The translations under genes were made by a program, and so were the position numbers. A DNA stretch of 63,947 nucleotides, filler included, from Globobulimina sp. (Eukaryota), in assembly GCA_003354225.1 (NCBI GenBank). It is 23 parts of 23 records of this genome, joined end to end, with 100 filler letters (N's around TTAATTAATTAA, not from the genome) between each part and the next. Parts side by side here need not be neighbours in the genome. Positions count along the whole stretch, not along the records: positions 36,215 to 38,898 come from PIVH01005360.1; positions 38,999 to 41,682 come from PIVH01005361.1; positions 41,783 to 44,466 come from PIVH01005362.1; positions 44,567 to 47,250 come from PIVH01005363.1; positions 47,351 to 50,034 come from PIVH01005364.1; 18 more parts are not named here. One strand, given 5' to 3'. How positions within the stretch are numbered: position 1 is the stretch's first letter; every line of letters begins with the position of its first letter. Below the pieces are notes generated by a model. The model saw only the letters and a list, made by a program, of their open reading frames with translations. It had not been told where the DNA came from and ran no database searches. This document shows, one piece after another, positions 36,115 through 47,481 of this stretch.

Positions 36115-37072
36115 NNNNNNNNNNNNNNNNNNNNNNNNNNNNNNNNNNNNNNNNNNNNTTAATTAATTAANNNNNNNNNNNNNNNNNNNNNNNNNNNNNN
36201 NNNNNNNNNNNNNNATTGCCGTAAACATACTGGCTGCGATTTGTCATAGAGTTATTATAAACTAATACTGTTTGTATATATAAATTAAAAAACAGTACGG
36301 GTGATGCAAACGGCGATGGGAATTCATTGGAAGTGATTATTAAACTTTTACTTAATTTTAATTTTCAAAACGAAATGCAATGTTGTTATGTTGGATATAG
36401 TAAAGAGTTAGGGAGCAATGACTTATTCATTTCAATGGATATTATAGAATGTTGTGTTAAATTTATATTTGATGTGGATATGTTGCAATTGAATGATTGT
36501 AATGAGAATGCTCAATGGGATAAAGCATTGATCAGTGTAGAATGCAAAATTAAAAAAATGAGTGGGAAACATATTTATTACATCTTCAAAATATTGTCAG
36601 ATGTATACAAATGGAAAGAATAAATCATTAAGTTTCTTGTCAAGAACCGCGGAAATGTGATTAAAGTATTTAAATAGTCATTGGTAATAGATTAATGACA
36701 TAATATTTGGTATTTCCATTTTTTTGACAATTTTTGCGTATAAACGCATTGCTAGTATGTTCAAAGTACTTCAAAGTAGATGGTCAAATTATGCTGTTTT
36801 TCACAACTGTGCGTTTCAGAGGTCATAAAATGGATAATTGTTTGAACAAAATATGAAATATGATCGAAATATAATTTTGGACAGTAGTTATAATGAGTAT
36901 CTTTGTATATAAGTATTATGTTCTTCCTGACACCAAAACATGTACACTTCACTTCAAAACATACCTACACTTAATTTGAAGTGTTCCGTCATGTCGCTAC
37001 TTCCTTTGATAAAATATCATAAATTAATTACTGGATCGACAGAAAAAAAGGAAAATAAAATAGCACAATAAT

Positions 37073-38773
37073 TTATACAAACAATAAATCAATTAACGGT
37101 ACTTTTGACTCAACCACAAATGCATTATCTCCATTGTAACTAACACATATTTTTGTTATTGCTAAATTTACGCATTTTGTCACCAATTTTTTGGAGTCAA
37201 AATGAATTATTTCATCCCATTGATTATCAGCAATCCATTCAAATCCAAATTTATTATATCCTTCCAAATATAGAAAAACATCATCATTCCCAACAAAACA
37301 CAAACCGAATGCCAATGTTTCATATATATCATCACCACATTTATGAATCTCATCCAATCCCAACTGATACTCATAAACCATAAAATTATGCACATCGTCA
37401 TTCTCGATGTACTTATTATCCTTAAACGCGTTATTCACCAAACTAACAATCTGAAGCGAAACAATATCTTTTTCATCATTATATTTTATGCACACTTTAC
37501 CACCAAACCCAGTATATACACATTTACATATTTCACCAAATCCATCACCATCTAACATTGACCGCCTATACCTCTGTGAATCTCCCATTTCATGTACAAT
37601 CCCGACAGGCAATGGAGGCATTGGTACTTTCCTCGAATGTACTTTCCCATTCCCATCATACTCATTTCTCCGCCGCTGAACCGGTGGTTCCTTAATCAAT
37701 GCCTTCCAACTAAGTATAAACTGTTTCAACCCATCCATTAACTCCTTATGTTCCTTCATTCGCATTGCATGTTTTTCGCGCATAAATTTCCGTTTCTGTC
37801 GCACCAATTTTTGTCTATCTTTCCTTGCCTGTCTCTCGTACGACATCTCCTGTTTTCTAATCTTGTTTTTCTCCTTTTTAATCTGTGCCTGCTCTGCTTT
37901 TTTAACCTCCAATATTTTCTGCCGTAAATCTAATTCGCTTTGCTCATGTTTTAAGTCATCGATCTTTTGTAACAAAATAGTTTGTTTGTTATTCTCTTGG
38001 AAACTCTGTTTCATTTCATTCAATATCGATTCTTTGATTTGTGATAAATGCGATTTCAATGCTTTTCTATGTTTATATGAATGCAAATGCTGCATTGCAC
38101 CCATATTCATCTTAGGAACATCGTACATTGTCCGAGTGGAACATTTATATTTAAAAACATATGTTTTCCGACATCCACGCGCTGGATCACCAATTTTTCG
38201 ATGGTCGATCTTATATTTACAGCTTGCTTTGTTGTTGCAGGCAGTTTGGAGATTTTTTAATTGATTGTTCAAGTTTGATGGGTTACAATTTTTGCCATAG
38301 GAGGCTTGTGTGATTTTAATGTTTCCGGCATTTGGACAATTTATATTTACTGTTTTCCCACTGGATTCTGCATTTATTGTCGTTGATTTTGCAGTGCGGT
38401 CGTCAGAAATTCCAGGCATTCTACGTTTTGTTGAGGTGCTTGGTATTGTAATTTTATATGAAATTTCATCAAAATTAGTGTTATCAAAGAAGTTTAGTTG
38501 ATGATTGTTGACAATATAGGACAATGATGATGAATTAAAAATTGTTATTAGTACATTGTTAGCGATATCATTTACTAATATATTATTATTTGGTTTGTTA
38601 ATAATTTCACTATAATCAAATTCATAGTCATGTGATTTGTAATAAAATGTGTCATTTGAGCTGCAAATAATGCATGATAATGATGCCAATAGTAAAATAA
38701 TCATCCGTTTGTGTGTGGAGTTATTGTTGGTATTTAAAGCATCTACAACTTTTAGTGGAGAAACAGTTTTCAT
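37073..38773 (-). CDS. Secreted SUEL/rhamnose-binding lectin domain protein with coiled coil
   Basis: Signal peptide MIILLLASLSCIICS; INCP ... IKITQASYG ... ACNNKASC ... GDPARGCRKTYVFKYKC. Confidence 0.8.
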   Translation of the reverse strand: MKTVSPLKVVDALNTNNNSTHKRMIILLLASLSCIICSSNDTFYYKSHDYEFDYSEIINKPNNNILVNDIANNVLITIFNSSSLSYIVNNHQLNFFDNTNFDEISYKITIPSTSTKRRMPGISDDRTAKSTTINAESSGKTVNINCPNAGNIKITQASYGKNCNPSNLNNQLKNLQTACNNKASCKYKIDHRKIGDPARGCRKTYVFKYKCSTRTMYDVPKMNMGAMQHLHSYKHRKALKSHLSQIKESILNEMKQSFQENNKQTILLQKIDDLKHEQSELDLRQKILEVKKAEQAQIKKEKNKIRKQEMSYERQARKDRQKLVRQKRKFMREKHAMRMKEHKELMDGLKQFILSWKALIKEPPVQRRRNEYDGNGKVHSRKVPMPPLPVGIVHEMGDSQRYRRSMLDGDGFGEICKCVYTGFGGKVCIKYNDEKDIVSLQIVSLVNNAFKDNKYIENDDVHNFMVYEYQLGLDEIHKCGDDIYETLAFGLCFVGNDDVFLYLEGYNKFGFEWIADNQWDEIIHFDSKKLVTKCVNLAITKICVSYNGDNAFVVESKVPLIDLLFV

Positions 38774-39393
38774 CTAAAAAAACTAGGTCATGGCAGCAGT
38801 GTTAAATCCCAACGCTGTATGCTTTTATCCAGCAGCAAAAGTTTCTAAAAATAGTGGTTGGATAAACTGGATTCAATTGCCATCATTTCCATTAGATGNN
38901 NNNNNNNNNNNNNNNNNNNNNNNNNNNNNNNNNNNNNNNNNNTTAATTAATTAANNNNNNNNNNNNNNNNNNNNNNNNNNNNNNNNNNNNNNNNNNNNAA
39001 GCGACAACACATGGTTTATTGGCGTACCAAGAATAAAAAACACCGAAGTAATACGTTCGAAACAATTTATTGACGCGAATTCCTGTAATAGCGGATTCAT
39101 TGCGTATGATTTAAAAATGATTAAAGAAACACAATGTGAATATATGGCAACACAACAAGCATTGATCGAGAATCCGCAGTTAACAAACTTTACCAAGAAA
39201 TATAAGAATGCAAAACTAATATCAGTGCATGTCCCGTTTAATTTTTGTCTCAAACAACGCGGGAATGCAAAAATAGTGATCGCATCTCGGGCCTATACGT
39301 ATTTGGGAGTGGACAAATCTGATTTGACTCAGTTGGATGATAGACTTTGAACAATACAATAAAACTAAAACACAGAAGACACTATTCACTGAT

Positions 39394-40194
39394 TCACACA
39401 TCCCATAATTTCAAGCTTAATCCGTTGCAAAATTCCACAATGATGGCAATAATTTCCTCATTTAATATATTCCCAACCCCTTTGGCTTTGACAATGGATT
39501 TTTTAATCACCAGACTGCCGCGAACCATGGCTTCAATCAAGGAAACATCATTACATTTTTGCCTCTCCTTCAAAGCCATAACATAAGCACTGTCATTCAC
39601 CATTTTTTTAACAGTGCACGCCGCTTTTAACCTTTTCTGTTGTTGAATTAATTGATTTTGTCTCATGAACAGTCGCGTAATCTGATTGTGTAATGTTTCG
39701 ATCATTTTTACATCATTTAAGCGTTCATTCTGATCACTGGATTGATTGTACGGCTTCAATTGTAATTGACTCATTTTCTTTGCACATTTCTGTTTGACAA
39801 TGGCAGTGGCTCTCATTTGCGAGGTCACCGCATCTAATTCCTCCTGGTCTGCTGGTCTTGGCGTCGATGTGTAAAATGTTGCCGAATGTATGTTGGCTCC
39901 GTACGACACTAATAACTCGACGATATTTATATATTTTTGCAATGAGGTACCAATGTATTCAGATGTGGCTATTTGTAATGGCGTTATGTTGGTCTCAGTT
40001 GGTAATATTTTTCCTTTTGCATAGCCATCATCTACAATGATTTGAAATTCTTCATTTGAATGGTCACCCACTAATATATCCACATTTTTCTTTTTCTTTT
40101 TCTTTTTATTCATTTTTTTAATTTGTTGTTTGCGATTATTTTGGAGAATCGATTTTACGGTCTGTTGCATTCCACGAACACTGGCTTGCGACAA
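39394..40194 (-). CDS. Ankyrin-repeat-containing protein (5' partial)
   Basis: TPLQIAT ... INIVELLVSYGANIH. Confidence 0.65.
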   Translation of the reverse strand: MSQASVRGMQQTVKSILQNNRKQQIKKMNKKKKKKKNVDILVGDHSNEEFQIIVDDGYAKGKILPTETNITPLQIATSEYIGTSLQKYINIVELLVSYGANIHSATFYTSTPRPADQEELDAVTSQMRATAIVKQKCAKKMSQLQLKPYNQSSDQNERLNDVKMIETLHNQITRLFMRQNQLIQQQKRLKAACTVKKMVNDSAYVMALKERQKCNDVSLIEAMVRGSLVIKKSIVKAKGVGNILNEEIIAIIVEFCNGLSLKLWDV

Positions 40195-40490
40195 AGGGGA
40201 AAAACAGGCGGGATGTGCATATAAAACGGGGTGTTTATAACTGGAACGTTTGACCCAATTAGGTGGCTCTGCAAATAATACACTGCCTGAATTTGGACTG
40301 TACGAACTTGGTCCTAGTTGTGCTGTGCATGAGCATTGTTATCTCAATTATGCAATTTTTAAAAATAAATCGCATACAATACGTAACCTGGTCGACGGAA
40401 CATTAGTGGCTGTAAATTACGGTGAGTATAAAATAAGACACGGTACCATGCAAAGATTTCTTTAAAAAACTAACAGTGCAGTAACAAATA

Positions 40491-41201
40491 ATGGAACCTT
40501 CAAGAGAATATGACTCAGATTTAGTAAAATTCAGCAATTGTGATGTTTCGTTGGTTAGTTTTGATGATAAAACAATTGATCAACATGGCAATAACCAAGT
40601 GATTGATGATGGAAATGAAGAAGAGGGCGAATTACGTCAAATTTTAAACTCTTTATTGCCGCCAAAAGAAGTCGGAGAAAATGAATATAAACAAGTGTCG
40701 TGTGAAAAAACATCGCGATCGCAAGTAATATTATTGCGAAGCGCATGGGATCGACAGTTACAAATACGGCAAGCGCGTGAAACAGGAATATGTGCCATTC
40801 GCGAGTCATTAAATGAAGAGGCATTTAGTGAGTTAATCCGGCAAATAACTATAAATTTGCCGGAAAGAGGTTTACTATGTTTGAGGATTAGAAATGAATC
40901 AAAAATGACCATACAAACATATCAAACATTATATCAAAGCTCATTGTCATTTGGAATGAGAAAATGTATCGAATCCCAAAATGATGTAATTGCCTTAAAC
41001 GAAGAAATTAGAAATTTGAAAAATAAAAAAAATGATTTGATGAATAAATTAAAAGAAGTACAAATTGAAAAACAAAATGCTGAGAAATTGTATAATGCAC
41101 AAAATCAAATACTGCAAAAAAATCAGAATCAAGAAAAAGAATTTTTGAAACATCAAAAAGCTGCGTTACAAAATTACCTTAAAACTCAATTCGGAAAATA
41201 A
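40491..41201 (+). CDS. DNALI1: Axonemal inner-arm dynein light chain p28
   Basis: ILNSLLPPKE, RQARETGICAIRE, ELIRQITINLPERGLL, YQTLYQSSLSFGMRK. Confidence 0.92.
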   Translation: MEPSREYDSDLVKFSNCDVSLVSFDDKTIDQHGNNQVIDDGNEEEGELRQILNSLLPPKEVGENEYKQVSCEKTSRSQVILLRSAWDRQLQIRQARETGICAIRESLNEEAFSELIRQITINLPERGLLCLRIRNESKMTIQTYQTLYQSSLSFGMRKCIESQNDVIALNEEIRNLKNKKNDLMNKLKEVQIEKQNAEKLYNAQNQILQKNQNQEKEFLKHQKAALQNYLKTQFGK

Positions 41202-41782
41202 CAACATTAACATATTGTTTTTTGTTGCATGTTCAATTTTAATGAATTTTTTATTTAATTTCGTCTCTGTGGTATTTCCGATAATATTTCATTCTCATCA
41301 CTTTCCATCACGTATCAAAACATAAGCAGCACCTATACTTTTTTTGAAAAAGCAAAATCATTAATAATGTCGTCGATACACGTGCGAAAAAGATATATTT
41401 CAGGAATTTTGCAGCATATAAATCATTAAACGCATCGAATCATTTTATGTTTGTTGACGACATCAATATGATTATGAATATTGATTGATTTTAAAAAACA
41501 CAGAGTCCACCGATGATATCTAGCGGGGATGATTCCATCCCAAGCTCACCATCACCAGCACCAGCACGTATTTTGAAACAAGCATCAGAAATATCTTTCC
41601 GCCGAGTTCCAACATTATCAGAACTAAAGCGGCAATACACTGCAGACATCCAAAGATACAGCAGTTTGGATATTTCAATTCANNNNNNNNNNNNNNNNNN
41701 NNNNNNNNNNNNNNNNNNNNNNNNNNTTAATTAATTAANNNNNNNNNNNNNNNNNNNNNNNNNNNNNNNNNNNNNNNNNNNN

Positions 41783-44039
41783 AAAAAGATATTCACCTTC
41801 ACCACCAAATGTACTCAACCATGAACAGGAAAATGTTTTTAAATAATTATACCTTGGCATGCCACGCATGCTGAGCTCAATCACAATCCCTTCTTCTCCA
41901 GCAAATCGATACGCTATTTCAATTTGTCTGGTTGTACTGGTTGGGCCTGACAATCGGATATTAAATTCAGGCATCACCATAGCAAAAGACATGCCACAAT
42001 AAAATGACTCTTGTTGCGTTGCAGCATATTTTTTTTGGACAGCATAATCCCCAAATAATTCCACAGTCTCACGCAATAATCTCGACCAATTTGCAAATTG
42101 TCGGTGTCTGTTTATTATCAATGCAATTGGTTCATAAATATGTATTTTCCTAAATGTTTTTGAGAATGCTGTACATAATTCCGTCCAATCTGTGTAAAGT
42201 ATGATTGACAACAGATTGGACACTCTCACTTCTCGGCCATTCTTTATGTTATAATGCAGTGGCGTATACAATGAAGAACTTGTTTCTGCTTTTAATTTCC
42301 TAGCACGTGGTGTGTCGATGTATTCATTTGCTTTAACCAATGAATGCTTAAATTGATTTATATTCAACGGATGTATTGAATTATGCAATATTTCAGCTTT
42401 AATATTAATGAATTTCGCTTCAACAAATAATTGATGCATGTCATAACCACCATGATCATTCAAATTGTGCACATCGTTATCAACTTCATTTTTAATATGT
42501 TTCGTACGGTAATGCTCCCAATAATAAAACCGAAAACCAGTCGAAAATAAATGTGCATGAACTGTTTAAATTGTTTGTTTCCAAAGGTGAACAAATTAAA
42601 TTTAAGATAAAAATAAAAGTAAAAGTACATTGACCTTTTAATGTGACAAAGTATTTCTTCATCATCTCATATTTGACTGCACTGAAAAACCTTACAATAT
42701 TTGATTGCGTTCCACTGTGCATAATATCTGCTTGTATCGCATCTGAATCATATTCATGTTTCTCAAAACATCTCATTATTTCAACCGCCTCTGCCAAACT
42801 TGTGCTACTTTTCATTTGTTGATATAATCCGTCAATAAAGGTATAATTTTCTGCTTTAGCCATATCAATGTTGAATTTAGTATTTGTTGCAAATCTCGGT
42901 ATTTTGTTCAATAGAACTTTTTTTTTGTTAATAATTTTAGATAATAATGCAAATGCATTGTCTTTATATGTCATATGTTCAACATCCTCATCATCCTCAT
43001 CATCATCTTGATATTTCTCAGCAACTTCCTCCTTTCTATATATTCTGTAACCAAAGTCGTATTGATGTAACATATAACAATGAATTCCATCAAATAAATC
43101 ACGAATGAATGTAAATTCCACTTCAAAGTCTCCTCTGCCATCAACATCATAAATGTTACTCTCTTCGAGTTGGGCAACCTCAACAGGCTCAACTTGTTCC
43201 TCGAACGTTAACCAATCATCTTCAGAACCTTCCTCTTCATCCGCATCTAATTCTACGTCGGTGGTATTACTTTGTATTGTTGTAATTGGATACGAATATA
43301 ACGAATCATTCTTTTTTATTTCCACTTCTGGAGATTGACAAATTTGTTTATAATCGTCCTCATTGAATTGAACTGTGCAATTTTCATCTTTGGTTCTGTT
43401 CCTGTTATGTCTCGCGGACAATACACAGTCGATCACATTGCATTTATTTAGAATTGATTTGTTGTCCATGATAAAATCGTATATGTCATCCATTTGGGCG
43501 TGATGCTCTTGTATTATATGAATAAAATCTAATAATAATCCTTTATATGTTTCTTTATAAAATTGGACCAGTTTAAGTTGGCCGTTTTTATGTCGGATAT
43601 TTAATGATTGATAATATTTCATAGCATTTACTATTCTCACTTTGGCTTTGCACGACGCGATATTGCTACAATCAGTTGGGAAATCAGTGAAAATCGTAAA
43701 ATCAATATTGATATTTATGGGGATTTGCGTGGTATGTTTTGGTGGTACACCGTGCTTATAACAATATTTTATTACTTTAAATACTTTATAATCACGAGAA
43801 TAATTTTTACCATCTTTGTTTGTATCAATTAATGGGAAATTATCATCCATATTTGTAAATAGGCACTCGGTTGGTTTTACATCATCGCCTAATTCCAAGT
43901 CTATGTCTTGCTCATCAAACTCACCATCGATCACAAACAACAGAAACTTCCCATCATCATTTTCATCGTAATAGTCATTTCGACCGCAATTTGCGTAATA
44001 AATGCCCAGTGCCCTATCAATTCTCTCAAATAGCTCCAT
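41783..44039 (-). CDS. Most complete ART-fold family member (2 exons, 3' truncated)
   Basis: Intron at about 42563-42633 joins the 515-aa and 245-aa ORFs (HLFSTGFRFYYW); FYCGMS ... GPTSTT ... AYRFA ... GIVIEL ... WLSTFGGEGEYLF. Confidence 0.75.
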
Positions 44040-44566
44040 CCCGTTAGCAGACTACATTTAAAGTGCAAGGATGTTAATAATTAGTATTAAAAGTGAAAGC
44101 AAATTAAATTTTAGTGTAGTTAACCACAAAAACCGTCTACACGAAATTTTGATTACAAATACTGAAATTCATCCAAAATACAAATATAAGAATATGTTTC
44201 ACACAAATTGTTACACACAAACTGCACCATTTTCATCATTATTCCTATCAACCAACAACTTCAAATTTGCATTCTCTCTCTTCAACTTTTGCACCGCCTT
44301 CTTCAGCAAACTTATTTCAGTCTTGAGTGGATTCGCTTTGTTCTTCAATTCTTTCTCCAATTTCTTACTTTTGCTATCTTCCATTTTAAATGGCGAGTCA
44401 TGTACCACTGAGCCTAGATTTACTTCTTGTTTAATCACATCCAATTTCTGTAAGATTCCAATATTCNNNNNNNNNNNNNNNNNNNNNNNNNNNNNNNNNN
44501 NNNNNNNNNNTTAATTAATTAANNNNNNNNNNNNNNNNNNNNNNNNNNNNNNNNNNNNNNNNNNNN

Positions 44567-45509
44567 ATATTGCAGCTTGCGGTGCGGGTATTATTATGGG
44601 AGGCATACACTGCAACACCGTATGTCCTAAATATCGCTGGATTATATAGCCTCTATTCTGAAAATATTGCATCTCATTATTCTCATCACACTCATTCAAC
44701 TCATCCACGCATTGTTGCATCAATGGCAACTTCCTTAAAATGGATTCTTGTATTTTAACCCAATGTGAATTCTCAAAAACGTTTCCTTTCCTTTCCACTA
44801 AGTCCTTATTAGCGATATTATGGTCATGCTGTGAGTGATAATGGTTGGGCGATATCGCGCATACGGCATATCCAATGATTTCAAACGATAAATCACACGG
44901 TATTTCACCAATAACCTCCATTTTTAAGGAGGTAAATTCCCGGATTCGCACATATTGATAGCGCCATAAAAATGAGTCGGTGAATTTATATCGACATAGT
45001 GTTGGATTTGCAGGTATTATCATCATTGTTGGCGTCAATAAATCGTCAAATAAGCCTGGTCTTTGTTGGCTTATTGGGAGTGGAATGGTCATAGGAATAT
45101 AGAGATAATGTTTTCGTGTTTTTGCTTGTAATGATAAACAAATGGGTATGAATGGTTTGATTTCATTTACAAAATGAATGGCATCGACACGAACATATCC
45201 TAATTCACATAGTTTGGGTGATATTGTCACATCGAATGCTATTTTATATGAATACTGTTTTAGTTCAAGTGTCAATGATTTAAGGTTTGATGCGGGTAAT
45301 GGAGGTTCATCGTATATTTCAACTGAGTGTGTTAAAAATGCATCCGGATGGAGTGTAACACGCAAAATTTGAGCATTTTTATTCTCTCCAATGCTCAAAT
45401 GAGTTGTAGAATAATCATCTGTATTTCTGTCAGAATCAGTATCTTCATCATCATTATTGGTGTCTTCTGATAAGCTCAAATTCAGTAATAATTGTTTGAT
45501 TTTCTTCAT
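44567..45509 (-). CDS. Hypothetical protein (3' truncated)
   Basis: ORF of more than 300 aa. Confidence 0.55.
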
Positions 45510-45764
45510 TTGAAATTTCTATTATTTTCTATAGCTTATTACTGTCTGTTGACATGGTTCACCACATTTGTTTTTTTGTTTTCTTTAACTTACTTTAAGA
45601 ATGGGCAACAAGTCAAGTAAAACTTTTTTCGATATCTCATCAATTAAAAAAATCAGTATCGTCGAAGATGAGTATAGTTAAAAAATCAGTGTCATGGACA
45701 ATTGTGGATGGAACAGATAAGAAAATGAAGGTAAAGCCATGTAAATGTTTAATTTACGAACAAA

Positions 45765-46583
45765 ATGGACATTGCTGTTTACAAGAATGTTTACCCGCAG
45801 ATTACTACCAACATCTTAGCAAAGTGTCACGCATTTCAAGTCATGCAGGTTTTGAATAAAATGGAGTTACAAGACATGATCTTCATAATTGGAGCATTTT
45901 TAGATGGAATCAACTCCACATTGGAAGAATACAATATATTTTGCCATGGCCCGGTGGATAGCATTGGTATTCCCTGCTATCTATGGCTAAAAACACGAAG
46001 GCGGCAAATTCAAATGGAAATATTGGGCGCAAAAGGTGTTGGAAAGTCTGCGTTGGCTTTGAAATGTGCCAAAAATATGTATCCAATTCATTCTGATGAT
46101 AATATACAAAGTGTTTATGTCAAAAAAGTATTGTTCGAAAATAATATAGCATTGAAATTGCGGATATTTGATGGTTCATTATCAGGATTTGCTGCTTTTC
46201 AGTCCCAACAAGAGCTACATTCAAATATTAATGGATATGATGGCATTAACTTCATTTATGTGTTATGTGTGGACCCATCCTCTGATGCACACTTTGAGGC
46301 ATTTGGAGAAATTAAAGATTCTCATTACAATTTAACCCAAACCTCAGATCCGCTCAATTTGGCACATGATGCTGTGACCACTGCCTTCATTGTTGTTGCT
46401 ACAAAATGTGATTTAAAAAGCCAAAAATATATACGTCGAAGTGAAATGATTATCATTTATTGCAAAGAACAAAATATTCCATACATCGAAGTATCCGCAA
46501 AGAAAGGAATAAATACGGATCGATTATTAACGAGATGTGTCTATGAATTATGGATACAAACACAAACACATTGCAGTCAGTAA
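45765..46583 (+). CDS. Divergent Ras-superfamily small GTPase domain protein
   Basis: G1 GAKGVGKS, G3 LRIFDG, G4 VATKCD, G5 EVSAK; upstream ATG 45601 (MGNKSS) may start exon 1. Confidence 0.8.
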   Translation: MDIAVYKNVYPQITTNILAKCHAFQVMQVLNKMELQDMIFIIGAFLDGINSTLEEYNIFCHGPVDSIGIPCYLWLKTRRRQIQMEILGAKGVGKSALALKCAKNMYPIHSDDNIQSVYVKKVLFENNIALKLRIFDGSLSGFAAFQSQQELHSNINGYDGINFIYVLCVDPSSDAHFEAFGEIKDSHYNLTQTSDPLNLAHDAVTTAFIVVATKCDLKSQKYIRRSEMIIIYCKEQNIPYIEVSAKKGINTDRLLTRCVYELWIQTQTHCSQ

Positions 46584-46894
46584 CGTTTTTCTTATTGTTT
46601 TTCTTATTATTTTTATTATTGTTTTATATATATCGATCCATTTATTTTTCTGTTAGCTTTCATTGTTCAAATTGACGCCATTCAAACAAAAAAAAAGTTA
46701 CAATGAAATTTGTATGAGGAAATTTAGAATATTTCATTGATCACAAATCGCCCGAAATAGGATAGGGGTTATTTTCAAACTACAATGGGTGCGAGGATAC
46801 AAAAAATTAAATGAATAGCAAAAACAATTAATGCATTTTAGTACGTATTTTAGTACGTTATCGACATTTAAATATGATACACGATCATTCACGT

Positions 46895-47250
46895 TTATGT
46901 TTCTGTAAATCCTTCCAATTGAATAGTTTCCAGTGATTGTCTATTATTTGTCGTCTTTGTTTCCGTTGTATTCCATATTATGTTTGCATCGAATTCATTC
47001 TTTTCCCCAATAATCATTAATAAATCTTCTTTTTGTTTAACATTTTCATAAAAGAGTTTCTTTGTAAACACACCATTGTCATTAAACAGTTGCACATAAT
47101 GTTCACATTGAATTTGTTTGAGCCAATCTTCAAACTTTGTTTTATTTTGAATAAATTTATTGATTTCTTTCATAAAATATTTTGGATGTATTAGATCATT
47201 CATTTTTATCTCATTCTCCAATAAATTATCATCAAAAACTGCCAAATATC
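46895..47250 (-). CDS. C-terminal fragment with SAM-like domain
   Basis: FEDWLKQIQCEHYVQLFNDNGV. Confidence 0.5.
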
Positions 47251-47481
47251 NNNNNNNNNNNNNNNNNNNNNNNNNNNNNNNNNNNNNNNNNNNNTTAATT
47301 AATTAANNNNNNNNNNNNNNNNNNNNNNNNNNNNNNNNNNNNNNNNNNNNTGATAACGACCCTGTCAACAATCATAGTGATGTACCCATCATCAGCTCAC
47401 CGCATCAGAACGCCTCACCGCATTTAAATATTTCACGTACGACCTCTTATTTAGTGGGTACAGTAGTGCCTTGGGGCGCAG

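Noticed and set aside
40250-40465. SET-domain fragment (LGPSCAVHEHC ... IRNLVDG ... VNYG)
   Set aside because: NHxC motif degenerate and fragment too short to support
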